Assembly: GCA_965242525.1 (NCBI GenBank)
Contig: OZ251459.1
Coordinates: 3,936,001-4,000,000, forward strand
DNA length: 64,000 nucleotides
From: an uncultured Candidatus Binatia bacterium
GTDB lineage: Bacteria > Desulfobacterota > Binatia > UBA9968 > JAJDTQ01
Reading direction: 5' to 3'
Positions 1-10,700 of this stretch are shown piece by piece. Position numbers and translations under genes: made by a program. The notes under the pieces were generated by a model. It was given only the letters and a program-made list of their open reading frames with translations. It was not told the origin of the DNA and searched no databases. Within the stretch, counting starts at the first letter, position 1. Every line of letters begins with the position of its first letter.

Positions 1-140
1 GGGATTCGACGTGGCGCCGACATACAGGGCGCCATGGGTTTGGTCGGAAGGATGGAAGCGAATGGCCGGATTCCCACCCCCGCTTCCGCAAGGACATGCT
101 TTCACGGGAAGGACAAGTCGTCTTCGCGGGAATGTCGTCT

Positions 141-166
141 GGATTCCCGCTTTCGCGGGAATGACG
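141..166 (-). repeat. CGTC-type REP palindrome (GGATTCCCGCTTTCGCGGGAATGACG)
   Basis: ATTCCC-N8-GGGAAT hairpin; the reverse-complement copy is at 37550-37575. Confidence 0.8.
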
Positions 167-257
167 GGTCGAACGTCTGCAGGGATGATGACGACATTCC
201 ATTCCCGTTATGACGGGTCGAGTGTCGCGGGGATGATGGCGACATTCCATCCCCGTT
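161..257. repeat. Two tandem ~48-49 bp degenerate direct repeats
   Basis: ATGACGGGTCGA...GGGATGATG(A/G)CGACATTCCAT(T/C)CCCGTT at 161-209 and 210-257. Confidence 0.75.
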
Positions 258-314
258 CGCCTTGAGCGTAGGGCGCCCGTTGCCGCTTCTCCATACGCCG
301 AAGACCTCCCATAT

Positions 315-389
315 CCGTTCGTCCTGAGCGTAGCGAAGCGAAGTCGAAGGACGCGCTCTTGCCCCCTGTCCCGATTGTTCAGAGGTTCC
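315..389 (+). mobile_element. Partial copy of REP-containing MITE-like element
   Basis: CCGTTCGTCCTGAGCGTAGCGAAGCGAAGTCGAAGGACGCGCTC...GATTGTTCAGAGGTTCC, matching the right half of 43056-43195. Confidence 0.8.
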
Positions 390-417
390 CGAAGTCGAAA
401 GACGCCGTCCTTCCGGC

Positions 418-1296
418 TCAACGGCTCAGGATGATCGAGATGGTCCCGGTCATCACCGCGAAGGTGCCGGTGACGGTGCGGGCGTTGACCTGTTCGATGC
501 CGCGCAGGAAGACCACGGTGAGGATCAGGGTCCACAGGGGCGTGGAGGCGACGATGGGCGACACCACCACCACGCGCCCGAGGCTTACGGCGATGAGCGA
601 CAGCAGCGACGCTGCGGACTCGAACAGGCCGGACAGGAGGAAGCGGGACAGGGCGCGCCGATTGAACACCAGCTTTTCGGTCCTGAGACGGGCGCCGAGG
701 TACGGGCTCAGGGAGACGAAGGAGACCACCGCCAGGACCGCGGCGAAGTACAGGGGCTCGTTGGAGATGTCGAAGGCGATGCGCCTTACCGGGAACGCGA
801 TGCCGGCGAACAGCGCGGCCAGGAGCGGGAAGACCGCCTCCCACCATTGGTAGCGCAGGCCGGAGTCCGCGGGTTGCCAGGAGATCAGTCCGATGCCGCC
901 CACCACCAGCACCGTGCCCGCAAGGATCCCGGGACCTGCCTGCTCCCGGAGGAACACGATGGCGATGAGGGCGCTCCACAGCGGATAGGTGTTGCGCAGG
1001 GGCTCGGCCCGGGCGGCTCCGAGCCGGTGGATGCCGGTCAACTGGAGTACGCTGGTGGCGGTCTGGAGGACTCCGAGTCCCACGAACAACAGCAGCGGCA
1101 GCCATTCCACGCGGGGGACCCCGCCCGTCAGGAAGACGCCGCTCCAGAACACCACGGTGCGGATGAACAGCACCACGCACGCCGCGGTCAGGGGAGTCGA
1201 GTGCCGCATTCCCATGCGCGCGGTGATGGAGTTGCCGGAGTAGAGGATGGCCGCCATGAGGGCCACGAACTCCGGGGCTATGGAATCGGGTCGCAT
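418..1296 (-). CDS. EamA/DMT family transporter
   Basis: About 10 hydrophobic segments in two repeats; 'LSLIAVSLGRVVVVSPIVASTPLWTLILTVVFLR' DMT-like motif; ATG at 1296 preferred over the longer GC-rich extension. Confidence 0.85.
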   Translation of the reverse strand: MRPDSIAPEFVALMAAILYSGNSITARMGMRHSTPLTAACVVLFIRTVVFWSGVFLTGGVPRVEWLPLLLFVGLGVLQTATSVLQLTGIHRLGAARAEPLRNTYPLWSALIAIVFLREQAGPGILAGTVLVVGGIGLISWQPADSGLRYQWWEAVFPLLAALFAGIAFPVRRIAFDISNEPLYFAAVLAVVSFVSLSPYLGARLRTEKLVFNRRALSRFLLSGLFESAASLLSLIAVSLGRVVVVSPIVASTPLWTLILTVVFLRGIEQVNARTVTGTFAVMTGTISIILSR

Positions 1297-1616
1297 GGAA
1301 TGTCGCAGTCTGCCCCGTTGACTTGCCCCCGGGAGCGCGGGCGTCCCGCCCGCACGCGGCCCCGAGGGTCCACCCGCAGCAAGACGACGGAGGCGCAAGT
1401 CGTCGGTGGACAGCCTGAATCATGCCATACGGACGGACCGGCACAAAGCTCCGCCGGCCCGTTCGACTGCGCCGACCGGGTTCCGAACGGGCAGGGGATG
1501 GGCAGCGGTCCTTCCCGGAAGCGCGCTTGAGTCGGTCTCGGAAGGCGTGGTAGGAATGGGGCCAGGTGAACGGACCCGTGCTCGAAAAATCAACTTCAAC
1601 CCGTGGGAGCCATCCG

Positions 1617-2618
1617 ATGAAGACCGTACTCCGATTCCTGGCGGCAGTCGTGGTTTCGATGGGCGGGGCCGCGGCGCAGGCCGCGGACTTCAAGCCCGCG
1701 GTGATCTATGACCGGGGCGGCAAGTTCGACAAGTCGTTCAACGAAATCGTGTACGAGGGCGTGAAGCGGTTCATCCGGGAGACCGGCATCGAGGTGATGG
1801 AGTTCGAGGTGACCCAGGAGGCCCAACGACGCCGCGGCATGGAGCGCCTGATACAGCGCGGCGCCACCGCCCTGCTCGGGGTCGGGTTCGCCTACGCCGA
1901 CGCCATCGATACGGTGGCCCAGGCCCACCCGGAGGTCCGGTTCGGGATCATCGACGTGTTCTGGCTGGATCGGCCGAACCTGCGCCAGTACTCGTTCGAG
2001 GAGCACGAGGGCAGCTATCTGGTGGGCGTGGCCGCGGCCTTGAAGTCCGAGAGCGGCATCGTGGGCTTCGTGGGCGGGATGGACGTTCCCCTGATCCGCA
2101 AGTTCGCGTGCGGCTACGTCCAGGGCGTCAAGTCGGTCAACCCGGCCATCCGGGTGCTGCAGAACATGACCGGCGCCACCCCCGCGGCCTGGAACGATCC
2201 GGTGAAGGGCGGCGAGTTGGCCCAGAGCCAGATCGACCGGGGCGCGGACGTGGTCTATCACGCGGCCGGGGCCACCGGCGTCGGCGTGATCCGCACCGCC
2301 GCGGACGCCGGCAAGCTGGCCATCGGCGTGGACGCGAACCAGAACTACCTGGCGCCGGGCAACGTGTTGACGTCCATGGTGAAGCGGGTGGACGTGGCCG
2401 CCTACCGTTATTTCAAGGACGTCCGGGAAGGCCGGTTCGTCCCGGGAGTCGTGCGGTTGGGGCTGGCCGAAGGCGGGGTCGATTGGGCGGTGGACGAGCA
2501 CAACCGGGCGCTGGTGGCCGGTGAGGTCGAAGCCGCGGTGAGCGCGGCGCGCGCGGCCATCATCTCCGGCAAGATCAGCGTGCACAACTACGAGGACGAT
2601 TCCTCGTGTCCGTTCTAG
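1617..2618 (+). CDS. BMP family ABC transporter substrate-binding protein (nucleoside/purine type)
   Basis: Signal peptide; GGKFDKSFNE, GFVGGMD, GADVVYHAAG, AIGVD, TSMVKRVD motifs. Confidence 0.93.
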   Translation: MKTVLRFLAAVVVSMGGAAAQAADFKPAVIYDRGGKFDKSFNEIVYEGVKRFIRETGIEVMEFEVTQEAQRRRGMERLIQRGATALLGVGFAYADAIDTVAQAHPEVRFGIIDVFWLDRPNLRQYSFEEHEGSYLVGVAAALKSESGIVGFVGGMDVPLIRKFACGYVQGVKSVNPAIRVLQNMTGATPAAWNDPVKGGELAQSQIDRGADVVYHAAGATGVGVIRTAADAGKLAIGVDANQNYLAPGNVLTSMVKRVDVAAYRYFKDVREGRFVPGVVRLGLAEGGVDWAVDEHNRALVAGEVEAAVSAARAAIISGKISVHNYEDDSSCPF

Positions 2619-2628
2619 GGGCAACGGC

Positions 2629-4257
2629 TTGCCGCGCTTCACGAGTCCGCGGACGGGAGGCGTCGGTGAGGGAAAGCGACGCAAAGCCTTTCCGGGGCCG
2701 GCCGCGGTGGACCTCCGCGGCATCCACAAGAGTTTCGGCCCGGTCCACGCCAACCGCGACATCCACCTCCGGGTAGAACGCGGCTCCATCACCGGCATCA
2801 TCGGCGAGAACGGCGCCGGCAAGTCCACGCTGGTCTCCATCCTCTACGGCTTCTACGCCGCGGACCGCGGCGAGATCCTCATCGACGGCGAGTTCGTGCG
2901 CCTGGCCGGAACCGCGGACGCCATCGCCCACGGCATCGGCATGGTGCACCAGCACTTCATGCTGGCGCCGACCCTGACGGTGCTCGAGAACGTGATGCTG
3001 GGGAACGAGGGCGGTCCGCTGCTGGCCCGGGGCTCGCAGGCCGCGCGCACGCGGATGGCCGAGTTGAGCGCCCTCTACGGCCTGGACCTGGACCCGGACG
3101 CGCCGGCGGGGGAGTTGCCGGTGGGTCTGCAACAACGGGTGGAGATCGTCAAGGCCTTGTTGCGCGGCGCGCGCATCCTGATCCTGGACGAGCCCACCGG
3201 CGTGCTGACCCCACAGGAAGCCGACCGCCTGTTCGACATCCTCCGGGTGCTCAAGGGCGGCGGCGTCACCGCCATCCTCATCACCCACAAGCTGCGGGAG
3301 GTCCTGGCGGTCACGGACGTGGTGCACGTCATGCGGCGAGGCGAGATGGTGGCCCGCCGGGAGACCCGGGCCACCGGCCAGGATGAGTTGGCCCGGCTCA
3401 TGGTCGGCCGCGACGTGACGTCCGCGGCGAGCCGGGGGTCGGGCGGGCCGCCGGGACCGCCGGTGCTCACCGTCGAGGACCTGAGCCACGCCGACGCCCG
3501 CGGCGTCCCTTGCCTCGCCCACGTGAGCTTCGAACTCCGCGCGGGGGAGATCCTCGGCGTCGCCGGGGTGGCCGGCAACGGGCAGTCCGAGTTGCTGGAC
3601 GTCCTCTCCGGCATGGCCCCGCCCCAGTCGGGCCGCATGACCCTGGCGGGCCGGACCGTCACCCCGGAGAGCCCGGCCGACCCTGCCGCCCTGCGCCGCC
3701 TGGGCTTGGCGCACGTCCCGGAAGACCGCCAGCGACGCGGACTGGTGCTCCCGTTCACCGCGTCCGAGTCCTCCATACTCGGCTACCAGGACGGGGAGGA
3801 GGCCGGCGCCGGCATCCTGCTGGCCCTCGCCGCCATCCGGCAGCGCTGCGCCGACCTCATGGGGCGCTACGACGTGCGCCCGCCCGACCCCGGCCTCCGT
3901 TGCGGCAGCTTCTCCGGCGGCAACCAGCAGAAGCTCGTGGTGGCCCGGGAACTGTCCGCGGCCCCCAGGGTCCTGCTGGTGGGACAGCCCACCCGCGGGT
4001 TGGACATCGGCGCCATCGAGTCCATCCACTCCCGGCTGCGCGACATCCGCGACGCCGGCTGCGCCATCCTGCTGGTGTCTGTGGAGCTGGACGAGATCCT
4101 GGCCCTGTGCGACCGCATACTGGTGATGAACGCGGGGCGGGTCGTGGGCGAGGTCCCCCGCGGCGAGGCCGACGCCAAGCGCATCGGCTTGATGATGGCC
4201 GGCGTGGGCCGGACGGAACGGGCGGACCGGCCGGCGGAACGGGCGACCCCTGCGTGA
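2629..4257 (+). CDS. ABC transporter ATP-binding protein, double NBD (YufO/NupA-like)
   Basis: GENGAGKST, LILDEPTGVLTP, SGGNQQK, GQPTRGLDIGA; start uncertain. Confidence 0.92.
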   Translation: MPRFTSPRTGGVGEGKRRKAFPGPAAVDLRGIHKSFGPVHANRDIHLRVERGSITGIIGENGAGKSTLVSILYGFYAADRGEILIDGEFVRLAGTADAIAHGIGMVHQHFMLAPTLTVLENVMLGNEGGPLLARGSQAARTRMAELSALYGLDLDPDAPAGELPVGLQQRVEIVKALLRGARILILDEPTGVLTPQEADRLFDILRVLKGGGVTAILITHKLREVLAVTDVVHVMRRGEMVARRETRATGQDELARLMVGRDVTSAASRGSGGPPGPPVLTVEDLSHADARGVPCLAHVSFELRAGEILGVAGVAGNGQSELLDVLSGMAPPQSGRMTLAGRTVTPESPADPAALRRLGLAHVPEDRQRRGLVLPFTASESSILGYQDGEEAGAGILLALAAIRQRCADLMGRYDVRPPDPGLRCGSFSGGNQQKLVVARELSAAPRVLLVGQPTRGLDIGAIESIHSRLRDIRDAGCAILLVSVELDEILALCDRILVMNAGRVVGEVPRGEADAKRIGLMMAGVGRTERADRPAERATPA

Positions 4258-5372
4258 GCGCGCCGCCGCTTCCCCGCTGGGCGGACGTGGGCCTGTTGCC
4301 CCTGGTCAACCTGGCCCTGGCGCTGGTCGTGTCGAGCCTGGTGGTGCTCGCGGTGGGCGAAGACCCGGTCCGCGCCATGGACGTCATGGTCCGGGGCGCC
4401 TTCGTCTATGAGGGCAGCCTCGGCTACACCCTCTACTACGCCACCAACTTCCTGTTCACCGGACTCGCGGTCTCGGTGGCTTTCCACGCCATGCTGTTCA
4501 ACATCGGCGGCGAGGGGCAGGCCGCCATGGGCGGGCTGGGCGCGGCCCTCGTCTGCCTGGCGCTGGACTCGGTGTTGCCGGGCCTGCTGCTGCTTCCCCT
4601 CGCGGTCGCCGCGGCCGCGGCCTTCGGCGCCGCCTGGGCCCTGGCCCCGGCGTGGCTCCAGGCCCGGCGCGGCAGCCACATCGTCATCACCACCATCATG
4701 TGCAACTTCATCGCCGCGGGGGTCCTGGTCTCGCTGCTGACCGGGCCGCTCATGGAGCAGGGCCAGATCTCCCCCGCGTCCCGGTCCTTCGCGGAGAGCG
4801 CGCGCCTTCCCGCGGTGCACGAGATCCTCGCCGCGGTGGGCGTCGAGACGGCCCACTCGCCCCTGAACCTCTCCTTCGTGCTGGCGCTGGCGGCGTGCGT
4901 CTTCGTCTGGCTGCTGATCTGGCGCACCCGTTTCGGCTACGCGCTCCGCACCCTGGGCCACAGCCCCCAGGCCGCGGCCTACGCGGGCGTCCGCATCCCG
5001 CGCACCATCGTCCTGGCCATGGCGGTCTCCGGCGGCCTCGCCGGCCTCATGGCCGTCAACGAGGTGGTGGGAGCGCAGCAGCGCCTGCTGCTGGACTTCA
5101 CCGCGGGGTACGGCTTCACCGGCATCGCGGTGGCGCTCATGGGCCGCAACCATCCGGTGGGCGTGGTCCTCGCGAGCCTGCTGTTCGGCGCCCTCTACCA
5201 GGGCGGCAGCGAACTCGACCTGGAGTTCCGCACCATCACCCGTGACCTGCTGCTGGTGATCCAGGGTCTCATCATCCTGTTCTCCGGGGCCCTGGCCTAC
5301 ATGCTGGACCCGCCCCTCGCCCGCCTGATCGCGGGCCTGACGCGGCGCCGCCCGCGGGAGGCGCCGGCATGA
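4254..5372 (+). CDS. Nucleoside ABC transporter permease
   Basis: FNIGGEGQ and GFTGIAVALMGRNHP motifs; GTG start overlaps the previous stop. Confidence 0.9.
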   Translation: MSAPPLPRWADVGLLPLVNLALALVVSSLVVLAVGEDPVRAMDVMVRGAFVYEGSLGYTLYYATNFLFTGLAVSVAFHAMLFNIGGEGQAAMGGLGAALVCLALDSVLPGLLLLPLAVAAAAAFGAAWALAPAWLQARRGSHIVITTIMCNFIAAGVLVSLLTGPLMEQGQISPASRSFAESARLPAVHEILAAVGVETAHSPLNLSFVLALAACVFVWLLIWRTRFGYALRTLGHSPQAAAYAGVRIPRTIVLAMAVSGGLAGLMAVNEVVGAQQRLLLDFTAGYGFTGIAVALMGRNHPVGVVLASLLFGALYQGGSELDLEFRTITRDLLLVIQGLIILFSGALAYMLDPPLARLIAGLTRRRPREAPA

Positions 5373-6343
5373 GCGAGTTCGCGTTCCAGGTCCTGCTGAC
5401 CTTCGACGCCGCCCTGCGGCTGGCGACGCCGCTCGTCCTGTGCGCTCTGGCGGGCATCTTCTCGGAGCGGTCCGGGGTCATCGACATCTCGCTGGAAGGC
5501 AAGCTGCTGGGCAGCGCCTTTGCCGCGGCCGCGGTGGCGAGCGTCAGCGGGTCGGTTTACCTGGGGCTGCTGGCTGCGGTGGGCGTCTCGGTGTGCATGG
5601 CCCTGGTGCACGGCTTCGCCTGCATCACCCAGCGGGGCAACCAGATCGTCAGCGGGCTGGCCCTGAACATCCTGGCCTCGGGCCTGACCGTCACCCTGGG
5701 CGTGGCGTTCTTCGAGCGCGGCGGACAGACCCCGGCCCTGGGCGCGGCCCAGCGCTTTCAACCGATCCGGCTTCCGCTGACCGAGGCGCTGCAGGACGTG
5801 CCCCTGATCGGGGTCGCATACGGCGAGTTGCTGAGCGGCCACAAGCTCATGGTCTATCTGGCCTTCCTGGCGGCGCCGCTGGCCGCGCTGCTGCTCGCCA
5901 GGACCCGCTTCGGCCTGCGCCTGCGCGCGGTGGGAGAGTCGCCGGAAGCGGTGGACAGCGCCGGCGTCTCGGTCCCGTGGCTGCGCTACCGCGCGGTGGC
6001 CCTGGCCGGCGTCCTGTGCGGCGTCGCGGGGGCCTACCTCTCCACCGCCCACGGAGCAGGGTTCATACGGGAGATGAGCGCCGGCAAGGGCTACATGGCC
6101 CTGGCGGCCATGGTCTTCGGCAAGTGGCGGCCCTGGCCGTCGCTCCTGGCCTGCCTGCTGTTCGGTTTCCTGGAGGCCGCGTCCGCGCGCCTGCAAGGCG
6201 TGGACCTGCCCCTGGTCGGACAGGCGCCCACCCACCTGATACTGGTCCTGCCCTACGTGCTGACGGTGGTCCTGCTGGCCGGTTTCTTCGGCCGCGCCGA
6301 GGCGCCCAAGGCCCTGGGAACGCCTTACGTGAAGGAGCATTGA
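5369..6343 (+). CDS. Nucleoside ABC transporter permease
   Basis: SERSGVIDISLEG, GLRLRAVGE, GKGYMALAAMVFGKW motifs. Confidence 0.92.
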   Translation: MSEFAFQVLLTFDAALRLATPLVLCALAGIFSERSGVIDISLEGKLLGSAFAAAAVASVSGSVYLGLLAAVGVSVCMALVHGFACITQRGNQIVSGLALNILASGLTVTLGVAFFERGGQTPALGAAQRFQPIRLPLTEALQDVPLIGVAYGELLSGHKLMVYLAFLAAPLAALLLARTRFGLRLRAVGESPEAVDSAGVSVPWLRYRAVALAGVLCGVAGAYLSTAHGAGFIREMSAGKGYMALAAMVFGKWRPWPSLLACLLFGFLEAASARLQGVDLPLVGQAPTHLILVLPYVLTVVLLAGFFGRAEAPKALGTPYVKEH

Positions 6344-6385
6344 CGGGGTAAGTGGGAACCGCCCTTTCACTACGGTCGATCCGGT

Positions 6386-7300
6386 TTGATCCATGCCGAC
6401 TGCTTCGACTGGCTGGAGGGCCAGGAACCGAACCGCTTCCATGCAGTGGTGACCGACCCGCCTTACGGCTTGCACGAATACACGCATGAACAGCAGGAGA
6501 AGCTGCGCAGCGGAAAAGGCGGCGTCTGGCGCATACCGCCTTCTTTCGACGGGAACAGACGCTCTCCGCTGCCCCGGTTTACCACGCTGACGCAGGAACA
6601 GTTGGAACGGTTGGGGTCGTTCTTCCTCGTATGGGGGAAGTCGTTGCTTCCGAGACTCGTTCCCGGAGCCCATGTGGTCGTCGCCTCCAATCCTCTCGTT
6701 TCCTACATCGTTTCCACCGCCCTGGCCGAAGCCGGCCTGGAGAGACGGGGAGAGATCGTGCGCCTGACCATGACCATGCGCGGCGGAGACCGGCCCAAGG
6801 CCGCCCAGGAAGAATTCCATCGGGTCAGCGTCATGCCGCGTTCCATGTGGGAGCCGTGGATCGTGTGCCGAAAACCCCTGGAAGGCCGCGTGCAGGACAA
6901 CCTGAGGAAATGGAAGACGGGCGGCTTTCGACGTCCGTCGCCGGACAAGCCCTTCGGCGACGTCCTGGCGTCACGGCCTACGAGGAAGACGGAAAGGGAT
7001 CTTGCTCCCCACCCCAGCCTGAAGCCTCAAGCCTTCCTGAGGCAAGTCGTCCACGCCGCGTTGCCTTTGGGAGAAGGCGTGATCCTCGATCCGTTTGCCG
7101 GATCCGGTTCCACGTTGGCCGCGGCAGAGGCGGTGGGTTACGAGAGCATCGGCGTCGAGAGGGATACCGAGTTCTTCTCGCTGGCGCGCGAAGCGATACC
7201 GAAGCTGGCCAAACTCAAGACCAACGGGAGCGCTACAGCCTGTATATCCAGCTATCCCGTGCAGTTCAGGGAGCGTTTCGACGTGGAGGGTGGAAGATGA
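6386..7300 (+). CDS. Site-specific DNA N4-C/N6-A methyltransferase (beta class)
   Basis: TDPPY catalytic motif precedes HPSLKP and the LDPFAGSGST SAM-binding motif; TTG start uncertain. Confidence 0.88.
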   Translation: MIHADCFDWLEGQEPNRFHAVVTDPPYGLHEYTHEQQEKLRSGKGGVWRIPPSFDGNRRSPLPRFTTLTQEQLERLGSFFLVWGKSLLPRLVPGAHVVVASNPLVSYIVSTALAEAGLERRGEIVRLTMTMRGGDRPKAAQEEFHRVSVMPRSMWEPWIVCRKPLEGRVQDNLRKWKTGGFRRPSPDKPFGDVLASRPTRKTERDLAPHPSLKPQAFLRQVVHAALPLGEGVILDPFAGSGSTLAAAEAVGYESIGVERDTEFFSLAREAIPKLAKLKTNGSATACISSYPVQFRERFDVEGGR

Positions 7301-7545
7301 CGGCACGGCGTGTCTCGGCGACAGAGTTCAAGGCCAAGTGCCTGCGCATCATCAAGGAGATGAATGGCGACGGGCAACCGGTGACCGTCACCAATCGCGG
7401 GCGGGCGGTGGCGGTCTTGTCGCCGATACCGGCGTCGGACGAGCAACCGTCGCCGTTCATCGGCATGATGCGGGGCACGGTGTTGCGGTACGAAGACCCC
7501 TTCGAGCCTGCGGCCTCGCCATCCGACTGGTCCGTCCTGCGGTGA
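7297..7545 (+). CDS. Phd/YefM family antitoxin
   Basis: VSATEFKAKCLRII...PVTVTNRGRAVAVLSP; 82 aa; overlaps the PIN gene start. Confidence 0.9.
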   Translation: MTARRVSATEFKAKCLRIIKEMNGDGQPVTVTNRGRAVAVLSPIPASDEQPSPFIGMMRGTVLRYEDPFEPAASPSDWSVLR

Positions 7546-7793
7546 TCCTGCTCGACACCCATGTGCTGGTATGGTCCGTGGAGGGCCACCCGCGGCTTGG
7601 CGTGGCCGCAGGCGCCCGCATCAAGGAAACGAGACGAACGGATCGGGTCGGGGTGTCGGCCATGACCCCGACGACTTCGGGCCACATGAGCCTCTACCTA
7701 TGGAGCACTATCTGGGTTAGAATGGTTGCCTGGTCGCTCATGTACAGGGTCCATCAGGGGCACGACATGCGCGCGAGCCATCGAGCACATTGA
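7542..7793 (+). pseudogene. vapC: Truncated VapC/PIN toxin
   Basis: VILLDTHVLVW...VGVSAMTP is PIN-like for ~43 aa, then unrelated sequence; later conserved acidic residues absent. Confidence 0.78.
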
Positions 7794-10700
7794 AAATGAC
7801 TCCCTTCATCGACCTCCAAAGACGATTTCGCCAACTGACGGAGAAGGAACTCGAAGACATCGAATCCTTTGCCTATTGGGACGAGTTCCGGATTCACTCG
7901 CGCATGGGCTGGCCGGAGCTGTTGAAGCACCACCGCGTCATCCTTCTGGCAGAAGCCGGGGCCGGAAAGACCGTGGAGATGCGCAAGCAGGCGGAACGCC
8001 TCGTCGAAGCAGGTAAGTTCGCCTTCTTCGTGGCGGTGGAATCCCTCGACCGCGAACCCATCGAAGACGTAATCTCCGCAGACGAGGAAAGGACGTTCAA
8101 GGCATGGAAGACAGACCACGAGGCGCCGGCTTGGTTCTTCCTTGACGCGGTAGATGAGCTGAAGCTCACTCAGGGCAAGCTCGACCGGGCGCTTCGCCGA
8201 CTGGCGAAGGAGATCGACGACCGCCTCCACCGTGCCCACATCATCATTTCATGCCGTCCCAGCGACTGGCGTCCGAACAGCGACTTGGACACGGTACAGG
8301 ACAAGCTGCCGGCGCAGGAGGCCGATCGTCAACCTCCATTCCTGTCATCTGATGAAGTCTTCAGGAGTGCGTTCAGGCATGGTCACGGCGAAGTCAGCAC
8401 CGCAATCCAGCGAAGGAATGTCCTTTTGAGTCGAGAAACCGTGCAAACGGTGGCCATGCTTCCGATGAGCGACGGGCAGATCAAGCTCTTCGCAGAGCAG
8501 TCCGGGGTAGAAGACGCAGCCGCGTTTCTTGCAGAGGTTACTCGGCAAGATGCTTGGACCTTCGCCCGTCGTCCTCTGGACCTGACCAATTTGATCGCCG
8601 CATGGACGAGTTCGGGAGGCTCTGGCTCTCGGCGCCTCGGCTCCCGTGCAGAACAGCACGAAGCGAATGTCACTGCCAAGTTGGAAGACGACCCGGATAG
8701 ACCCGATCGGGGTGCCCTCTCCGGCGCCAAAGCTCGCCTTGGGGCAGAGCACTTGGCACTTGCCCTGGCCCTTACTCGTACACGAACCCTTCGATCACCT
8801 GAACAGACGGTGGACTCTGATCGCTCGGATGGCGTCCTCAAACCCGCAGATCTTCTCCTCGACTGGACCGAGGCAGAACGGCAGGCATTGCTTCGACGCG
8901 CCCTTTTCGGCCCTGCTACCTACGGACGTGTACGCTTTCATCATCGGTCGGTTCAGGAATACCTCGCTGCCCGACACTTGCGGGCGCTACGCGATAGAGG
9001 AATGTCCACGAAGGCGCTGTTTCGCTTGTTGTTTGCGGATGCCTACGGCCTTGAAGTCATGCTTCCCTCCATGCGCGCCATCGCCGCATGGCTCGCGTCA
9101 TGGGATGACGATATCTGCAAGGAGATGGCCAGGCGTGAACCGGAGGCGCTTCTATCGCTAGGCGATCCCGCCACTCTCGACATCGCCGCACGAAAAGATG
9201 TCGTTCGACGGTTCGCGGCCATATACGGCAAGGGAGGTTGGCGCGGCTTGGACGTTCCGATCGCCGAAGTTCGCAGGCTTGCAGATCCGGCTCTTGCATC
9301 GGTGATACGGGAGTGTTGGGGTAGCGAATCGACTAGCTACGATGTCCGCAGGTTGCTGGTCGCGCTGATCTGGCTGGGGCCAGTCAAGGAATGTAGAGAT
9401 CTGGTCCATGACACCGCGCATGACGCCTCCTAGGGTTCCAATCTTCGCGCTATGGCAATCCGTGCCCTGCTTGCTTGCGGATGCAACGCCAGCGTCCGCC
9501 AAATTGCGACCAGCATGTTAGCTCAGCCGGACTCTTGGCCTGATAAAGTCGTGTATGGCGTAGCGGCAGATTTGTTTCCGGAGGTCATCACGGCAGACGA
9601 ACTGGTCACGCTGATGGAGCGAAGGATCGAACCAACCGGCAGTGTCCCCAGTGTCAAGTCCGTATCGCGAAAGATAGCGAGGACCATTGCCCCACGGTCG
9701 AAAGAAGCGGCCGTCCTGCGCAACCAGATGGCGGCTCTCATATGGCGAGGTCGAGAACCTATACAAGAATCCGGCAAGATTCGTAGCACGTTCAGTTATC
9801 TCGCGCCGGCGCTGGCAACGCTGTGCCATCGGCAATTATCCGAGGCTTCGGATGGTCCATATGACGACTTGATCTGGGCCAGTGTGACTGCTTCCCGATT
9901 CAGTGGCAACCATTTCCGTGCATATGAACTGGCGGGTAAGCTCCGGGAGCAGTTTCATGATAAGCCAGAGCTACGAAACTCTGTCTTTTGGGCTGAATTG
10001 GCGTTCATGGATGAGGTCGTTCCGACTGATGATGCCTGGGATCGATTCTACCAGACGCGAAGGAATAGCCTTATAGCCCATCTCGACGAAGCGGATCGAT
10101 CTTGGCTTCTGGCGGCGCTCGCAGACGAAAGCCGGCCAGAACGACGTGCGATTGCGCTTTATGCCTTGATGAGGAACAGAGGTCAGCAAGGGCGAGACGC
10201 TTTGGGGTTGGACGCCATCCGTGACGCCATGAAGGACGACACAGAGTTGAGTCGGATACTGGAAGATCGCACGGTGTCACCCAAGCGAAGCAAAGAAATC
10301 GAGAGGTTAGATCGCAAGCATAGAGATATAGGAATACGTGAGGCACAACGCCTGGAACGAAATATGGAACCTTGGCAGCAATGGCGCGCGGAGTTGCTCG
10401 CTGATCCCGACGATGCTTTCTCAGAGGAGAAGCAGGCAGCGACAGTAGATACACTGTTCTCATGGTTGGAACAGAAGCAGCAACATCGGAATTCCTTCAA
10501 CGCCTGGGACAAGAACCCACTGATACATGCCTTTCGTTTGGACATAGCCGACCGCACTGAACAGGTGATTCGGAAACTCTGGCGTACCAACCAACCGATC
10601 CTCTGGTCTGCACAGCCTGCTGACGAACGAAACAGCATTCCCCGTAAATGGATTCTTGGACTTTCAGGTGTCTCGGCCGAAGCCTCGACTCCGGGGTGGA

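Noticed and set aside
11-265. Small ORFs over repeats ([31 protein letters not shown] peptides)
   Set aside because: These are translations of REP/MITE DNA recurring at several loci, not genes
9431-9433. Genome-wide amber recoding or pyrrolysine
   Set aside because: TAG ends clear genes here (BMP protein, dppB, cytochrome c, rnc), and no pyl genes are in the window
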